DNA of 24,000 nt from Nitrososphaerota archaeon (GTDB taxonomy: Archaea; Thermoproteota; Nitrososphaeria_A; Caldarchaeales; Calditenuaceae). The translations under genes were made by a program, and so were the position numbers. The notes under the pieces were generated by a model that made no database searches, had not been told where the DNA came from, and was given only the letters and a program-made list of their open reading frames with translations. Within the stretch, counting starts at the first letter, position 1. The number at the start of each line of letters is the position of its first letter. The DNA lies in assembly GCA_041641295.1 (NCBI GenBank), contig JBEPYO010000001.1, forward strand, positions 1,016,885-1,040,884, written 5' to 3'. Of the stretch, positions 22,968 to 24,000 are shown piece after piece.

Positions 22968-23900
22968 GTGGGGTTGGAGAAGGTAATTCTCGACATGGAT
23001 CCTGGTATAGATGACGCCTTAGCTCTACTGCTTGCAATTAGCTCGCCCGAGTTCGCATTACAAGGAGTCACAACGGTGGCCGGTAATACGACTGTTGAGA
23101 AGACAGGTCTAAACGCGAGGCGTGTCTTAGAGTATGTGGAGCGCGGCGAGGTCCCGGTCTACTACGGCTCATCCTCACCCATGGCCCGGCCTCTCGCAAC
23201 TGCTGAACACGTCCACGGCTCGGATGGGCTTGGTGAGGCTGGAATACCGATGCCCCGCCAACCACCAACTCCCGGCGGTATCCATTTCATCGCAGAGACA
23301 GTAGCGAAGAATCCCCATGATATCACAATCATAGCCACAGGCCCCTTGACCAACGTAGCGCTAGCCTTCATCCTATACCCTCGCACGCCGAGGCTTGTCA
23401 AAAGGCTCGTCATAATGGGTGGTGCGTACCATCTCACACCCTATGGGCGTGGAAACGTGACTCCCCTCTCAGAGTTCAACATCTATACCGATCCCGAAGC
23501 CGCAAACATCGTCTTCAACTCGTCAGTCCCCATAACATGTGTTGGCCTAGACATATCCACTGACCCATCAGTCAAGATCAACAGAAAGAGATACGAGGAG
23601 ATAAGGGGGTTGAGGGGGAAGAAGGCGGAACTTGCCTCGAGGATCATGAAGTATCAGTTGGAGAAGTTTGGGGAGGTTGAGGTGCATGACGCTTTGGCGG
23701 TTGCAGCGGCTTTGAGGCCCGAGATCTTTCGTGCAGTCGAGATGAGGGTCCAGGTCCTGACCAATAACGACGCCTCAAGAGGAGCTACGGTAGCCGTCAA
23801 GGCGGGGGAGGGTGAGAGGGGAAACGCAAACATCTGCATAGGCGTGGATGCAGAGAAATTCTTCGAACTCTTCCTCTCCAGACTCTCAGAGCCCGGTTAG
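22968..23900 (+). CDS. Inosine/uridine-preferring nucleoside hydrolase family protein
   Basis: ILDMDPGIDDALAL (DxDxxxDD), IIATGPLTNVA and VHDALAV. GTG start. Confidence 0.9.
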   Translation: MGLEKVILDMDPGIDDALALLLAISSPEFALQGVTTVAGNTTVEKTGLNARRVLEYVERGEVPVYYGSSSPMARPLATAEHVHGSDGLGEAGIPMPRQPPTPGGIHFIAETVAKNPHDITIIATGPLTNVALAFILYPRTPRLVKRLVIMGGAYHLTPYGRGNVTPLSEFNIYTDPEAANIVFNSSVPITCVGLDISTDPSVKINRKRYEEIRGLRGKKAELASRIMKYQLEKFGEVEVHDALAVAAALRPEIFRAVEMRVQVLTNNDASRGATVAVKAGEGERGNANICIGVDAEKFFELFLSRLSEPG

Positions 23901-23944
23901 CACCATACAAGGATTTATTTCACGACTAGCGAGTGGAGGGAGGA

Positions 23945-24000
23945 ATGAGGATCCTGAGCTCAGGATACTTCCTATCAGCATTCAACGCGCTGGTCTTCAT
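23945..24000 (+). CDS. 5' end of an unidentified CDS running off the window
   Basis: ATG preceded by GGAGGGAGG. The frame stays open to the window end (MRILSSGYFLSAFNALVF...). Confidence 0.35.
   Translation, partial: MRILSSGYFLSAFNALVF

Noticed and set aside
1-24000. CRISPR arrays, rRNA and tRNA genes
   Set aside because: I saw no regularly spaced direct repeats. I saw no GTTCRAATC-type T-arms with matching acceptor stems and no rRNA-like conserved blocks on either strand.

Overview
This window reads as chromosomal DNA from a hyperthermophile-type archaeon, probably Thermoproteota (crenarchaeal style). The grounds are A/T-rich TATA/BRE-like boxes about 25-30 nt upstream of many start codons, many 1-20 nt gene overlaps, TRASH/YHS-type copper genes and DUF131-like small membrane proteins. 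All homology calls come from motifs I recognise by eye; no searches were run.

Gene content, left to right:
- a zinc-ribbon protein and a processive family-2 glycosyltransferase
- membrane proteins, including one DUF998-like
- a minus-strand copper operon: TusA-like, a 47-aa zinc ribbon, a 50-aa YHS/TRASH chaperone, copA and a secreted protein. The two small ORFs are absent from the supplied ORF track.
- a divergent YeeE/YedE sulfur-transport gene behind a 25-bp palindrome
- an HTH plus degenerate-PRTase regulator
- a CaCA-type antiporter
- SCO1/SenC plus a vicinal-Cys membrane protein
- a low-GC islet at about 11.6-13.6 kb
- a SAM methyltransferase and a DUF779-like gene
- tandem DUF131-like genes and several small or secreted hypotheticals
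- a secreted single-HKD PLD/Nuc-type nuclease
- trpD-C-F-B-A
- a ParB/Srx-fold protein and an IUNH nucleoside hydrolase

I saw no rRNA, tRNA or CRISPR array.

The most interesting region is the low-GC islet. It encodes a 297-aa protein whose motif order matches IS110/IS1111-family DEDD recombinases. By eye it lacks the third acidic residue and the Ser-Gly catalytic loop. A 66-nt compound hairpin with a 12x12 internal loop sits 22 nt past its stop codon, in a layout resembling one bridge/seek-RNA guide loop. One loop strand recurs (17/22 over the wider repeat) at the far edge of the islet around a palindromic CTAATTAG core. Related GRCAGTA inverted half-sites and a divergent small wHTH gene complete the locus. 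Whether this is an active archaeal IS110-like element, a decayed one, or a domesticated RNA-guided derivative cannot be decided from sequence alone.
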